This document shows positions 36,570-50,419 of a DNA stretch of 64,000 nucleotides, piece by piece. The stretch lies in contig CM052816.1 of the NCBI GenBank assembly GCA_028534125.1, positions 13,146,001-13,210,000 on the forward strand, in the 5' to 3' direction. This stretch comes from Lama glama. Lineage: Eukaryota. Each line of letters starts with the position of its first letter. Positions within the stretch are counted from its first letter, which is position 1. The position numbers were made by a program, and so were the translations under genes. Below the pieces are notes generated by a model. It saw only the letters and a program-made list of their open reading frames with translations, made no database searches and was not told where the DNA came from.

Positions 36570-36905
36570 TTGCTAAGCCGCTCACAGTTTCTCAAGCATT
36601 CCCCCCAACTCCTTCCCTCCACCTGGAAAAAAATCTCCGTGTCTTCCAAAACTCAGTTACAAGCAGATTTTCTTTCTAAGGCCACTTTAAACATCAGGCC
36701 CCTGTACAAGCTTCAGGTCCCGCACATATAACCCCTGAATTGCACCCTGTGCTTATGTTTGCCTTCCTCTCCAGTTTGCAAGATGCTTGATGCTGTGGAC
36801 CAAATACTATCTGTGTTTCTGTTGACAGTGCCTGCGTAGTTTCTGGCCCACCTTAGGCAGGGACAAAGGGTTTATGGAAAAAAATGAGTGAGTGAGTGAA
36901 TGAAC
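36570..36905 (+). mobile_element. L2 3' region
   Basis: tcttccaaaactcag...cagtgcctgcgtagtttctggccca...gagtgagtgagtgaatgaa tail. Confidence 0.65.
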
Positions 36906-37577
36906 ACATAAATATTGAGTTGTATTGTCTCAGTATAAAAGGCTGGAATTACTTTAATCACCAAACTAAAATGTTGCATTTTCAAATGCTTAAAGAGACA
37001 GTCTTCACTTTTGAGCTTGGAAGTGTCTATGTGGGACTTGTGTTACAACTCCAAAAGACATAGAGAGATGACCTATCTCTACATGATTTAACTTATGCTT
37101 AATCCTGTTTTATTAGCAAAGGTCCAGGAGGAACGGTGAGGACATCTGATGATAGAGATGCCATCTGGATGCACTGTCAGTCCATGGGACCCACACTTGC
37201 ACTCCTTGGTCCAGGATAAGTGCAAATTCATTCATCGACGATCTGTTATGCAGGTCCTCTGTGATCAATAAAATGAATTTTACAAGAGGTTTGGTGGGTG
37301 AGAGATCTCTTTCTAGAACCATGGGAAAACCAAGTGAAATCTTCAGCTCAAACTGAAACGGAGGCCATTCCATCCTTATGAAGGTCCAAGACAAAAATAC
37401 TTTATTCACTATCTTATGTATTTTATTTAAGGCAGATCATGATATGTGTCAGTAAAGAAAATCAAATAAAATTATTCTTCTCTTTTTACACCTTCTGTGA
37501 TAGACTATAATCTTCATGAGGGCAAGGATCTTGTCTGTTTTGTTCACCAAACAGTGACTAATGCCACAGGAAGTACT

Positions 37578-38465
37578 CCAAGACTGAATCATAAGGAAAG
37601 AAAATCTCTATAGACCAACAATGATTACAGAGATTGAATCAGTAACCAAAAATCTCCCAATAAAGAAAAGCCCAGGACTAGATGTCTTCATAGGTGAATT
37701 CTACCAAACACTGAAATAATTAATACCCGTGTTTTTCAAACTCTTCGAAAATATTGAACAGGAAGGACAACATCCAAACTCATCTTACCAGGTTACCAAA
37801 GTCAGACAAGGACACTACAAGAAAAGAAAATCACAGTCCAAAATCCATGATGAACTTCAGTGCAGAAATCCTCAACAAAACACTAGCACACTGATTTCAA
37901 GAACGTGTTAGAAGGCTAATACACCAAGACCAAGCGAGATTTATTCCTGAGATGCAAGGGTGGTTCCACACATGCAAATCAATGAATGTGATACACTACA
38001 TTAACAGAATGAAATATGAAAATCATATGATCATCTCTAAGATGCAGAAATAGCATTTGACAGAATTCAACATCTTTCCATGATAAAAACGCTCAACAAA
38101 TTAGGTATAGAAGAAATGTACCTCGACATAATAAAAGCCATATATGACAAGCCCGCAGTGAAACATCATACTCAACAGTGAAAGCTGAAAGCTTTTCCTC
38201 TAAGATCAGGGACAAGGTAAGAATGCCCACTCTCACCATTTCTCTTCCACATAGTATTAGAAGCCCTAGCCGGAGCAATTAAACAAGAAAAAGAAAGAAA
38301 AGGCATCTAAATCAGGGAGAAAAAAAAGTAAATTTATCTCTGTTTGCAGATGACATGATCTGGTATATAGAAAACTCCAAAGACTACCAAAAAACTGTTA
38401 GAACTAATAAATGAATTCAGCAAGTTTGCAGGGTGCAAAATCAACATACAAAAACCAGTTGCTTT
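37578..38465 (+). mobile_element. Orphan L1 ORF2 internal fragment (reverse transcriptase core), frameshifted
   Basis: aagaaaagcccaggactagatg (KKSPGLD); gatgcagaaatagcatttgac (DAEIAFD); ctgtttgcagatgacatgatc (LFADDMI at 38340-38360). Confidence 0.93.
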
Positions 38466-38494
38466 TTGTGTGTGGGTGTTTCTATGGGGGTGTG

Positions 38495-38560
38495 TAAATT
38501 TCATTTACAAAAACAATAGATACAGAATTTGGCTCACAAGCATAGTTTCCCAACTCCTAG
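38495..38560 (+). mobile_element. MER58-like hAT right-end fragment
   Basis: atttacaaaaaca...atttggctcacaagcatagtttcccaactcct. Confidence 0.5.
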
Positions 38561-38759
38561 TAGTGAAGCGTTAAAAAAAACACCTATAAGCTTTTGTAAG
38601 AAATCAGGCTAAATGTTGCCCATGCTTTGATTGGAAGCTTTGTTTGGTTTAAGGAATGTTTTCTGTCTTGCATTGCCAAGTACCGAGGGTATATTTAAGC
38701 CTCTAAGATGCCTCTTCAGGCATACTTACCATCGCACTGGATCAACTTCTTCAATTTAA

Positions 38760-39295
38760 TTTTTTCTTTTTTTTTTAAACTGAGATATAATTAACATTAG
38801 ATTATATTAGTTTCAGGTGTACAGCATAATTTGATATGTGTATATATTACAAAATGATCACCATAGTAATTCTAGTTAACATCCATCACCACATAGCATT
38901 ATAAGTTTTTTTCATGTGATGACAAGATCTACTCTCTTAGCAACTTTCAAATATACAATACAGTATCATTAACTGGAGTCACCAGGATTTATTTCATTTT
39001 ATAAGTAAAAGTTTGTATCTTTTGACCACCTTCACTCACTTCACCCACTCCCTAGCCCCCACCTCTGGCAACCACCAATCTGTTCTCCATATCTGTGAGT
39101 TTGGGTTTTGGACTATTCTGGGTTTGTTTTTGTTCTTCATTTTTTTTTAATTCCACTTATGAGTGAGGTCATATGGTATTTGTCATTCTTTGTCTGATGT
39201 ATTTCACTTAGCATGATGTCCTCAAGTCTCATCCATGTTGTTGCGAATGGCAAGATTTCCTTCTTTTGTGGCTGTGTAATAGTCCATTGTGTGTG
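38760..39295 (-). mobile_element. L1 3' end (L1MA9-like)
   Basis: T tail, agtttcaggtgtacagcataat...gatctactctcttagcaactttcaaatatacaatacag...cctctggcaaccaccaatctgttctc. Confidence 0.9.
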
Positions 39296-40239
39296 TGAGT
39301 ATGAAAAAAATTCATCCTATTAAGCAAAATAATAAAACAAGTTTGTGAGAGGAAGAGTATACTTCTATAACAAAAAAATTATAAAACATCAGCAACATTA
39401 ATTTTTATGAAAAACAATTAACCAGAAACAGTGCATTCACACTCAGGCAAGTTTATTTTTCTACAATGCTTAACTTGGAAAAACTTCATTGTATCAGTAT
39501 TTGTCAGTGTGTTTTCAGCTTCATTTGTGTCAGGAACTAGAGTTGGAAGCTATAGACTATAGTTCTTTTTAAAAATATTCTAAAATTCATGCTTTACCCT
39601 ATTCAGTCAATGCCCTGAGTTCAAACAAATGAGTATTGTGAGTGTAGAAGGAGGGAAGGGGGAAGGGAAGGGAAAGAAAGGAAGAAAGAAAAGTCTTTCA
39701 TGAATTTACTTGTAAAGAAGACATTCGCTGGAGAACAGGTTTACTGGAAAACCACCTTTGCTTGTGGAAGACCAGCAAGGCCACATCCTTAAGCAACTTT
39801 GGAACAGCTCTGATGACTCAGTCCTTTGGTCCCGGCAATATAGTTCCCAAAATCACAGCACAGGATGAGGGAGCTGCAAATAAATCATGAGCATTGAGAC
39901 TAGCCAGACTTCTCAGTTATCAGACTCGAAACTGTCGCTTTCAAACTTGGTTTGGCCCCTTTTAACCTGCTAAAGAGAATCTGAAGTTTATAATACTGAG
40001 AAATCTCCAGCAGGCTCCTCCGACGCAGTCTCTCTTCTCTCTTAAGTTTATATATTTTAGTTACTTACCCTGTATGTCCACCATGGAAGGAGATAAATGT
40101 TCTAGGAGATTTTTTTTAATAGTTCAAATATGACAGATTGGATTGGAGAGGCTGCATTTCACTGAAGCTCCAAACTTATTAGATTGCAGACCACCTGCTT
40201 CCGCATTATGGGCTTTCTTTTCTCAGGGAGAAGATGTTA

Positions 40240-40368
40240 AATACAGCGCTCCAGTCCCCAGTCCCCAGTCCAGACACTCTGAAATCACATTCCTGGGGGG
40301 GGGGGGACACATACTAACAAGCTCCCGCGTGATTCTGATGTGCAGTCACGATCAGGAACAACTGCCAT
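40240..40368. mobile_element. MER5A-like fragment
   Basis: ccagacactctgaaatcacattcctgggg...taacaagctcccgcgtgattctgatgtgcag...gaacaactg. Confidence 0.65.
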
Positions 40369-40589
40369 AGCACTAAGACCAAGACAGCCCTGCCTGGATG
40401 ACCTACAGGGACCCTGTGTCCCTGCCTTCTACATATGATGCCATAAATCTTAACCAAAAGAGAGAATTCTACGTGGGAAGTGGGGCGGGCAGAGGTAAGT
40501 AAGGGGATTCCAGGCATCCTGCAAGGCATCCTCTTTATATCCCTACCCATTCTTTGTATTCCTGTTCAAACATTATTTGTGTTTGTAAA

Positions 40590-40880
40590 AACAGTTTGTC
40601 AATATTTACTGAGCATCTCCTTCGATGTGCTAGTTGAGCGATACAGGGCAGCCGAACAGGCGTATGTTAACTAACTCTGACATATGCTGGTGCTGTTAAC
40701 AATTACAGGGGGAGCCCATGGGTAAGAAATGGTAACTCTGATGGGGAAGAGGAGAGGGCATTTCAGAGGAGGAAACTGACAAGGTGCACTGGAGAAGCTA
40801 CTTCACTGCGCCGAGAAGTGAGGGAAAGGGTTCAAAGGCAGTGAGACTGTAGGAAGTTTTTGGTGTTTTCAAGAAATGGT
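40590..40880 (-). mobile_element. L2 3' region
   Basis: aatatttactgagcatctcc...gagggcatttcagaggagg. Confidence 0.6.
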
Positions 40881-41034
40881 GAAAATCTCCTGGAACCTCA
40901 GTGTTCTCCAACATGAAGTAGGATTGATGAGCTGCTTCATCTGGGAGAGCCTAGGAGCTGTGACTTCCCCATGTCTAGGTCTTCATCCTCCAAGAAAAGG
41001 AGGGAGAAATGACTAATCCTAGAACTGCGACAGA

Positions 41035-42225
41035 GAATACACCAGACCAGCCTGTCATAGGAGTCTAGGGGCCAGCTGAAAGAGCTCCCAGTGGCCCAAG
41101 CCGGAGCAATCTGAGGAGCAAAATAAACAAAGTAATATTGAATTGGATCCTAAAGTATAAAATAAATACTCCGAAGTCCACACTTGATGTAAATAATGAT
41201 GAACTGTTAAAAAACAGAAGGAGACTCATAGACATAGAAAATTATAGCTACCAAAGGGGAAATGTGGAGGGAGGAATAAATTAGGAGTTTGGAATTAGCA
41301 GATACAGACTACTATATGTAAAATAGATAGCAAGGTCCTAATGTATGGCATAGTAAACTATATTCAATGTATTATAATAACCTATAATGAAAAAGAATAT
41401 GGATATATAAATGTATAACTGAATCACTATGCTGTGCACCAGAAACTAACACAACGTTGTCAATCAACTATACTTCAGTAAAAAATAAAATGATAAACTG
41501 AATAAATAAATGGGGGGGGCAGAATCAGATCTCCTATGCAGAAGAATTCCACATTCTTAAGATGTTCTCAAGAAGAAGGGGCATCACTCCCCCACCATCA
41601 CATGGGCTGTGCATGTGACTTCTCTCCAAATAGCGTGATGTGGAAAGGAAGGGAAAAGAGTCATTTTACAAGGGGGAAACCTGACCAACACTGCCTCAGC
41701 CAGGTGACCAAAATTTGCATCAATAGCGATCATCAAGCCATCTTGATCTTGTGCACCCTTCTTATGCTGGGATGAGAAAAGCACTTCTCCTCCAAAAAAT
41801 GCATCACCTCGGTATAATCATCAGAAAAAATTAGAAAATCCCCAATTGAGAGACATGCTACAAAATACCTGATTAGTACGCTTCAAAGGGTAAAGGTCAT
41901 AAAGAACAAGGCAAGTCTAGAAAACTTTCACAGCCAAGAGAAGCCTAAGAAGATGTGACAACTAAATGTCATGTGGTTTCCTAGGTGGGATCCTGGAACA
42001 GAAAAAGGGCAGTTGGTAAAATGTCAGGAAATCTGGATAAAGTATGGACTTCAGTTGATATAAATATATCCATTCTGGTTCATAAATGTGTCAAATGTCC
42101 CAAGCTCATAAGGCAAAATATAAATAATAGGGGAGACTGGGTGTGGGTGTTGGGAACACTCTGCACCATCTTTAAACTTTTCTGTTAATCTAAATTGATT
42201 ATAAGTTTAAAGGTTTATTTTTTTA
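41035..42225 (+). mobile_element. L1MC/L1MD-like 3'UTR, interrupted by a young L1
   Basis: ggggccagctgaaagagctcccagtggcc...gaaacctgaccaacactgcctcagccaggtgacc...gggatcctggaacagaaaaggg...aaacttttctgttaatctaaa. Confidence 0.88.
41207..41488 (+). mobile_element. Young L1 3' end (artiodactyl-type)
   Basis: agactcatagacatagaaaa...ttaggagtttggaattagcagatac...gaatcactatgctgtgcaccagaaactaacacaac. TSD-like aatgatgaactg (41195-41206) / aatgataaactg (41489-41500). Confidence 0.9.
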
Positions 42226-42489
42226 AAAATAAGGATGCTTACTTGCTTGCCGGCCTGGTATGTTTGCTGCAATTTATCAAATGACATAATGTACATGAGT
42301 GTACTTTCTAAACTTGGATGCACACCGCCAATATAAAAGGGATTCCAGAATTATTTTCTTTCAGTAAAATTATTTTTATCTTTAAAATTATTTTTCATTT
42401 AAAGTATTAAGATATTTTTGAATATTTAAAATCATCCTCGGTGTGAGGGTGGATCGAGACTGATTATGCAGGCTGAGAGCAGACAAGAA

Positions 42490-42640
42490 GAGCCCCCAGG
42501 AGATGAGGTAAGGAGTTTGGATTTGATTCTGAAGATAATGAGCCATTAAAGGTTTCTGAGCAGAAGAGGAATGTGATTAGATCTGAATTTCAGGACTGGC
42601 AACAGAAGGAGGCTGGAATCGTGGAAACCACAGGGGTCTG
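42490..42640 (-). mobile_element. L2 fragment
   Basis: gtaaggagtttggatttgattctgaagataatgagccattaaaggtttctgagcag. Confidence 0.7.
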
Positions 42641-42954
42641 GGCAGAGATGCTCAGAATGGAGTTGAAGTGGTCCAGGGAGGAATCAGGTGGTAGGACCTG
42701 ATCCCCGCTGATAGGGATGGTTTCCCACTCTGGGCCCCCAACCAGTAACCCTCCAACCCAGACTTTCCCAAGAACAGTGTGAATTTGATCTCCTTTTAAT
42801 ATTTTCAGTGAAAGTGATCCAGGATTGAATAAGTATATGTGAATTTTTATACCTGTGTTAAAACTCTTACAAGCACATGCAACATCCAGAAATTCGTCAT
42901 TGCATGTGCCTGATTGGGGTTTAAAAAGATTTCATCCTTATCGTGACAGCCCAG

Positions 42955-43120
42955 CACACGTTAGCTGTTCATTACTCAGCCTGTTCCCTTATCTCTGTAA
43001 CAGGGGCATCATCCTAGTACCTGCCTCAAAGGTTGTTATGAGGACTAAGTCACCAGTGCAAAAGTATGCAGCTCACCGCAGGGCACGTCACAAGCCCATG
43101 GCAAATGGGGGCTATTGTTG
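42955..43120 (+). mobile_element. MIR SINE
   Basis: ctcagcctgttcccttatctctgtaac...tagtacctgcctcaaaggttgttatgaggactaa. Confidence 0.7.
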
Positions 43121-44749
43121 ATGGTGATCGTAGAGGAAGTAATGTGACTCCTTGACATTGCTCGGGACAATTAATAAATACAGTGACATCAGTAAATTCC
43201 TGCTGCTGCTCATCCTGGCGCACTCTGTATGTGTGGCCTGGGCAGAGCGACTAGCTCATTGCTAGTAAGTGTTGGTAGTTGGGAGCATCTTCCGTCGGTG
43301 ACTTTCCTCTCGAGGCTCATCTATAAAACCGTTGTTTTTGTTCTCTGTCCACTTCATCTTAATACACAGTAAGCACTCAGCCAACGTTAGCTCTTCTTAA
43401 TAGTGTTATTATGTCATGCCATGTTTCCCCCAATGGGTGGTCCCACAGACTTGCTCCATCCAGTTTCAAGCGTGCTGGAGGGGAACTGCCCACCTGTTTG
43501 AAATGCCCTCCTAGACTTCCAAAGTGAATATCTGTGTTCTCCATAGAGCCTATGTTTTATGTCAGACTGTCCTAAACGTACCCACCAGATACCGTAAAAG
43601 TCTCTCCAGCCGTTTCCAGTGATGTGATGACAGGCAAACAGACAGGAACTTAATTTTATGAGCGTAAGTTCTGAAGGTTCTCTGTGCCCTGATGTTATCT
43701 GTCGCTAAGTTGTCATCCGCAGCTGGAGGGCAGGACACCGTCCCACCCATCCACGCACAGGCTTGGCCCCGGGTCCTCATTAAAGCTGGTGAAGATCACT
43801 GCCAGGGAAGACTCCTAGGAGACATCATCTCTTTTCCTTTAAGTCCTTGGGCAGAGAGGCACAGCGCCACCAAAGCAAACTTCAAGATGCACACGGTCTT
43901 ACCTGGGTTAACTCTCCTTGTGAAGCTCTAATGCATTAGCCACCTCTAATGGTCCCATTTACTTTTTAAAGAAACGAGGCTATTTTCTCTGCTACTCCAC
44001 CATTCCAGGAATCTATCTGTAGATTTTCTTTAAGGCGAGAACTGTCTAATAGTGAGTAATTTTGCTGGTCTATATTTAGCAGCAAGGAATTTTTTTTCAG
44101 GTCATTGCAGAGAAGTTCTCAGAAACTGTGCAAGCTGAGAAGAGCTGACAGAAGGTAGATGTCATAGATTTTTTTTCTTCCTTCTAAAGCAGAGGGATTC
44201 ACCATTAGGAGCCAGGCCTCAGAGACTTGACAATAGGGTCTCAGTTTCCTAACCAACAAAATGGACATTATAATACTTCCTTAATGGATCTCTGGTGAGG
44301 CATAAACAAGCAAATATGAAATACTTAGCTCAGTTCTCGGACTGCTGGTCCATCTCCACCTGTCCATCTGTCAGCCACCACCTCCATCTCCTCCCCTTTG
44401 CTGGACAGCCTCATGGTGGTTCTATACTTTAGGCTCCTCCCTCCAATTCCCAGTTTGCCCTTGTCCTTCCTAAAGCTCAGCTCTGAGGTATCTCTTTCCA
44501 CTTTGAAATCTTTCTAGACTTCCTTCAGCCTCGGGCTGGTGCTCTTACCCTCCATTCCTATGCTATGTCCCGTAATTCTAGATATGGCTGTCACCACCTG
44601 CCAATGTGGTCACTCAGAGTTTTCCAATCACACTGTATACTGTCCACTAGATAACTAATATACTGATAAAATGAGTTGATTTATGTAAAGGCATTCCCTG
44701 AATGCCAGGAACAGTGTAAACCGTATTGTATTGAAAGCTGTTGGCATTG

Positions 44750-45225
44750 TTATTTTGAAATATTTTAAGCACACAGAAAATTTAGCATAGAAAGGAACAA
44801 ATATTCATGCCCCAGCCACTCAACTTTATCGATCACACTATTATGCCATGTTTTTTCATATCTTTTTTAAGCAGCGAAACATTACAGATATAACTGAGTT
44901 GAAGCCCCCTCTGTACTCTTCCCTCCTCCCATTCCCAACCCTCCCTACATGGCAGTGGCTACGTCCCCAGATTTTGTATTAATTCTGCTTTTATATTGTT
45001 GTTCTGTGTTCTAAATTTTATTTGAGTGGTATAGTACATAGCCTTTTTCAAATTACATTCTTGGCCAGCATTATGTTTTTGAGATTTCTCTCTGTTGGAA
45101 TATGTCACTTTAGTGAATTCGCTTTCAGTACTCTGTTGAATTTTATTATATGAATTTTCTTTAATGTATTGATTCCACTTTTAAGGAACACTTATAGTGT
45201 TCCATAGTAGAACATCCATAGTAGA
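44750..45225 (-). mobile_element. Ancient L1M 3'-end fragment
   Basis: ttttgaaatattttaagcacacagaaaa...aaacattacagata...cagcattatgtttttgagattt. Confidence 0.65.
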
Positions 45226-45239
45226 AATGCAGTACATCT

Positions 45240-45370
45240 CAGAGATGATTGTGCAGATGAGAAAACGAAGCTAAGGAAGGGAAGTGATTTGGCTAAAGTC
45301 ATAGAAAGGATAGTGGAGCCAGGACTTTAGATCATAGTAGCCTGGAGTGACCAGGTTTGTCTACACATCA
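45240..45370 (-). mobile_element. MIR fragment
   Basis: cagatgagaaaacgaagct...gaagtgatttggctaaagtca. Confidence 0.7.
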
Positions 45371-45499
45371 GACCTTCCCATCTGCTTTCTTCAGATTCCT
45401 TTGAGGAATTCATCGCTCATTCCATGAAACCCTGCTGGGAATATCGTTTAATCCCGACCAAGTAGCCAGAGAGCCCAAGACTCAGTCTTTGTTGATCCC

Positions 45500-45865
45500 A
45501 GTACCACATTCCTTGGTATGTAGTGATGGGTTCAGAGATCATGTGACTTAAGCTGAGTCAATCAAAATCTGTAACTCTGCCAAGCTGAAAAAATAGAGGC
45601 CTGGGGTGTCCAGAAAATATCCTTCCTGCCATGTGGGGAGGGTGTACCTACAGCAGAGAGAGTGAAGCCAACACAGAAGGAGATGGAGAGAGAAAGAGAG
45701 TAAGAGAAGAGAGAGGTGTAGAGCTTAATAACAGCATTTGAGCTGCTGGAGGCAGCGTTCGTTAACTCATTCATGAAAGCTGATAAAGGCCTGGCCTTTT
45801 CCTTTGTTTTTAACTTACCCAGTTTGGGTTTCTTTGACTTGCAGCAAAGGGTCTTGACTCTTAAA
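45500..45865 (+). mobile_element. MaLR LTR (MLT1K/L-like)
   Basis: catgtgacttaagctgagtcaatca...gaagccaacacagaagg...ccagtttgggtttctttgacttgcagc. Confidence 0.65.
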
Positions 45866-46189
45866 TTCACTATTCCTTCTGCTCTGTCCCAGCTGCGCCC
45901 CTTAGATATTCAGTAAGCAGTTAAGTGAGAGTGATGATGATCTCAGTGAAGCCTTAAGAACACCACTAACCTTGCACTTAGGAAACACAGCAAGACTAAC
46001 GGTGACGCAGGTTATAACGAGACATTTCCCTTCGCTTAGCTCTTTTACTCTGACCTGCCATCCATTCACTCATTGGATATGTATAATGTTCCTACTATGT
46101 GCTGGGTGGAAGATACAAAACAAGAATAGCATAAAGAACACAGAGATAATAGAATAATTCTCTAAGCATTTTGTAGGAAGTTGTGCAGT

Positions 46190-49100
46190 ATTAATTCTAA
46201 ATAGACTGCCAGTAGGGAAAATGCCTCTTTCAATCCCTAGAGAAAAAAAACCTAAAAAGCCAATAAAGGAATTAAACGGAATATTTTAAAATATCCAATT
46301 GGCCTAACAGAAAATGGAAAAGAACAAACAGAGGAATGAAGAGGAACAGACAAATAGAAAACAAATAACAAGACAGCAGACTTCAACCCAAGCTTATCAG
46401 TAATTGCATTACAAGTAAACAGCCTAAGCCTCCAATTAAGAGGCAGAGATTTTTACACTGGAAACAACAGCAAGACCTATTTCTGGTCTATAAGATACAC
46501 ACTTTAAATATAAAGTTCGGTTAAAAGCAAAGGGATGGAAAAAATACACCATGCAAACTGTAAGCATAAGAAAGCTAATGTGGCCACATAGTGTCACACA
46601 AAGGTGACTTAATAAGGAGTAACAGCAGAGATAAAGACAAACATTTCATAATGATAAAAAAAAAAGGATCATTTCATCAAGAAGACACACAGTTCAAAAT
46701 GTGCATTCACTTAGAAACAGGTCCACAACACATGAAGCAAAAGTGAACAGAACTAAAGGCAGAATTAGCTAAGTTCGCAATTCTAGAGATCTTGACCTCC
46801 ACCTTTCAGTAACTGCTGAAACAAGTAGACAGGAATTGACTGGCAGAGCAAGTGATGTGTATAGGCTATCCAAATGCTGTTAATCACCTTGACCTAAGTG
46901 ACATTTATAGACCATATGAAATGGAAGAATATACTGCAGAATATACATTCTTTCCAACTGCATATGAAACATTCACCAGAGCACACCGTATCCTGAACTA
47001 TAAAAAAAAGTCTCAGTAGCTTTCAAAAGATTGAGATAAAAGCATATTCTCTGAACACAATGAAATTAAGTTAGAACCTAATGACAGTAAAATATCTTAA
47101 AAATCCCCAAATATTTTGGGACTAAACAATGTATTTTTTTCTTTTTTCTTCTTTTCTTGTCTTTTTTCTTTTTTTTAATTGAAGTATAGTCAGTTTACAA
47201 TGTTGTGTCGATTTCTGCTGTACAGCACAATGTTTCAGTCATACATATACATACATATATTCATTTTCATATTCTTTTTTATTATAGATGACTATAAGAT
47301 ACTGAATATAGTTCCCTGTGCTATACAGTATAAACTTGTTGTTTATCTATTTTGTACATAGTAGTTAGTATCTGTAAATCTCGAACTCCCAATTAATCCC
47401 TTCCCATCCTCTTCCCCTCCTGGTAACCATAAGTTTGTTTTCTATAGTTGTGAGTCTGTTTCTGTTTTATAAATAAGTTCATTTGTATCTTTTTTTTTAG
47501 ATTCCACATATAAGTGATATCATATATTCATCTTGCTTTTTTTGGCTTACTTCACTTAGAATGACCATCTCCAGGTCTATCCATGTTGCAGCAAGTAGTA
47601 TTATTTTATTCTTTTTTATGGCTGAGTAGTATAAATATTGTATAAATATACCACACTTCTTTATCCAGACATCTGTCAATGACCATTTAGGTTGTTTCCA
47701 TTTCTTGACTATTGTATATAGTACTGCTATGAACATTGGGGTGCAGGTATCTTTTTGAATTAGGGTTCCCTCTGGATATATGCCCAGGAATGGGATTGCT
47801 GGATCACAGGGTAACTCTGCTTTTAGTTTTGTAAGGAAACTCCATACTGTTTTCCATAATGGCTGCACAAAACTACATTCCCACCAACAGTGTAGGAGGG
47901 TCCCCTTTTCACCACACCCTCTCCAGCATTTATCATTTGTTGACTTTTGAATGATGGCCATTCTGACTGGTGTGAGGTGATACCTCATTGTAGTTTTGAT
48001 TTGCATTTCTCTGATAATTAGTGATACTGAGGATCATTTCATGTGCTTATTGGCCATTTGTATGTCTTCACTGGAGAATCTGCTTGTTTAGAGCTTATGC
48101 CCATTTTGAGATTGGGTTGTTTGGTTTTTTGGTTATTAAGTTGTATGAGCTGTTTGTATATTCTGGAGATTAAGCCTTTGTCAGTTGCATCATTTGCAAA
48201 TATTTTTTCTCATTTTGTGGTTGTCTTCTTGTTTTGTTTATAGTTTCCTTTGCTGTGCAAAAGCTTATAAGTTTAATTAGGTCCCACTTGTTTATTTTTA
48301 CTTTATTTCTACCGCCTGGGTAGACTGCCCTAGGAGAACATTGCAAAGATTTACAGACAATGCATTTTTAAATGATACATGAACCAAAGAAGAATTTGTG
48401 AGGGAAATTAGAAAATACTTCAAAATGAATGCTAAAGAAAATACAGCATATCAGCATGTGTGGGATGTCGGTCAACCAGCATTTAGAAGGAAATTTGTAA
48501 ATTCAAATATTTATATTAGAAAAGAAGAAAAGGGGCACAAATTAGTGATCTATGTTTATACCTTAAGAAATTAGAAAGAGAAGAGCAAATTATACCAAAG
48601 TAAATAGAAAGAAATAATAAATATAAGAGCAAAATGCATTGAAATGAAATGAAAAACACACAATGGAAAAATTTAACACAACAAAAAGCCTATTCTTTGA
48701 AAACATTAATAAATTGATACACCTATAGTAAGCCTTATTAAGGAAGAAAGAATGAGAACACAAACCACAAGTATCAGGGATGAAAGGAGGGCGTGTCATT
48801 ACAGAGCCTACAGATATTATAGGGCAATAAGAAACTATTAAAAACAGCTTTATACCAATAAAACTTGACAACTTAGATTAATTGGACAAATTCCCTGGAA
48901 GACACTTGTTTTTCCTTGAAAGACATCCAAAGCAATCCCAATAAAAGTCAAGTAGGTTTTTTGAGGAAAGTGATGTGATGATTCTAAAATGTATATAGAA
49001 ATTCAGAGAACCTAGAACAACCAAAACAGTTTTGAACTAGAATAACAAATTTGTAGGACTGATTACAAGACTTACTGTGAAGACTTACCCTGAGTCATAA

Positions 49101-50365
49101 CAGAGTGGCATTGGTATAAGGATAACAAATAGATTGATTAATCTGAATACAGGTCCAGAAATAGACCTACACATAGTTTTCAATTGATTTTCAACAAAGA
49201 ACTCTTGGCAATTTATTAGGGGAAATAAAATATTTTAATGATTTGTCCTAGAAAAACTGAGTAATCTTAATAGGAAAGAGGGAAGGAGGGAAGGAGGGAT
49301 GGAGGGAGAGGAGGCAGGGAGGAAGGGAGGAACTTTGAGACTTATACCATATACAGAAATTAATTTTAAATGGGTCCTAGAACTAAACATAAATGCTGAA
49401 ACTATAGCCCAAAACCTGAAAACGTCTAGGAAAAAAACTTAGGGTACTATCTTTATGAACTTGGGATAAACAAAGATTTCTTAACAATAAGCACTAATCA
49501 TAAATGATAAATTAGATTTCAGGAAAACTTAAAACCTCTGCTCATCAAAAGATAGGGATAAAATATTTGTAATGTATAGGTGTAACAAAAGGTTTGTATC
49601 CATATATGTAAAGAACTATTGAAAATCAATAACAAAAAAATTAAAATAGGCAAAAAGAATTGGATACCTCACAGAGAAGATGTATGAGGGGCCAACAGCA
49701 CATGGAAAAGTACTCGATATTTTTAATTAAAACCATGAATATCATTTCGTATCTACTAGAGTAGCTAAAATCAAAAAGGCAATACAAAATTTTGGTAAGC
49801 ACGTAGAGCAGCTGGAATTCTCATACATTTTTGGTGGGACTGCAAAATGGAATAGCCAATTTGTAAGTCTGTTTGCCAATTCCCTATAAGGTTAAAGATA
49901 CCCTTATTCTATAACCCAGCAATTCCATCTCTAGGTATTTATTCAACAGAAATAAAAATGTTATGTCTACACAAAGACCCATACAAGAATATTCATACCA
50001 GCTTTATTCTTAATATACAAAACCTGTCAACAACTCAGTGTCATTCAGCAAGAGAACAGATAAACCAACTGTGGTACGCTCATATAATGGAATACTACTC
50101 AGCAAGAAAAATGAACACAGTACTGTTATGTTCACCAACACAGACACCACTAATCTGTTGTGATAGAAATCAGAGCAGAGGTTTCCTACAGTAGGTTGGG
50201 ATTGATTAGAAGGAGGCAAGAAAGAACTCTCTAAGGTAATGAGAGCATTCTGTATCCTGATGGGAGTATTGGTTACGAAAGTGTATTCATTTGTCAGAGC
50301 TCACCAAATTGAACAAATATTTGAGATTTTTGTATTTTACTGTATGTAAAATCTGCCTCAGTAAA
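46190..50365 (+). mobile_element. Long degraded old L1: ORF2 endonuclease through 3'UTR, RT core deleted, interrupted by a young L1
   Basis: Endonuclease start atcagtaattgcattacaagtaaacagcctaa (~46396); aaaacttgacaacttagat at ~48860; ccagaaatagacctacac; acccagcaattccatctctaggtatttat; 3'UTR to ~50365. Confidence 0.9.
47139..48356 (-). mobile_element. Young 5'-truncated L1 (~1.2 kb)
   Basis: ORF 47497..48006 [19 protein letters not shown]...[23 protein letters not shown] is the L1 ORF2 C-terminus. T-rich tail. TSD acaatgtattttt (47126-47138) / acaatgcattttt (48357-48369). Confidence 0.96.
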
Positions 50366-50419
50366 AATGGTGATCTCTTTTTTCCTAAAGAGGGGACAGG
50401 GAGCAGCTGAAGGACGATG

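Noticed and set aside
47497..48006. 169-aa ORF as a host gene
   Set aside because: It is the C-terminal piece of L1 ORF2 running into the 3'UTR of a 5'-truncated copy.
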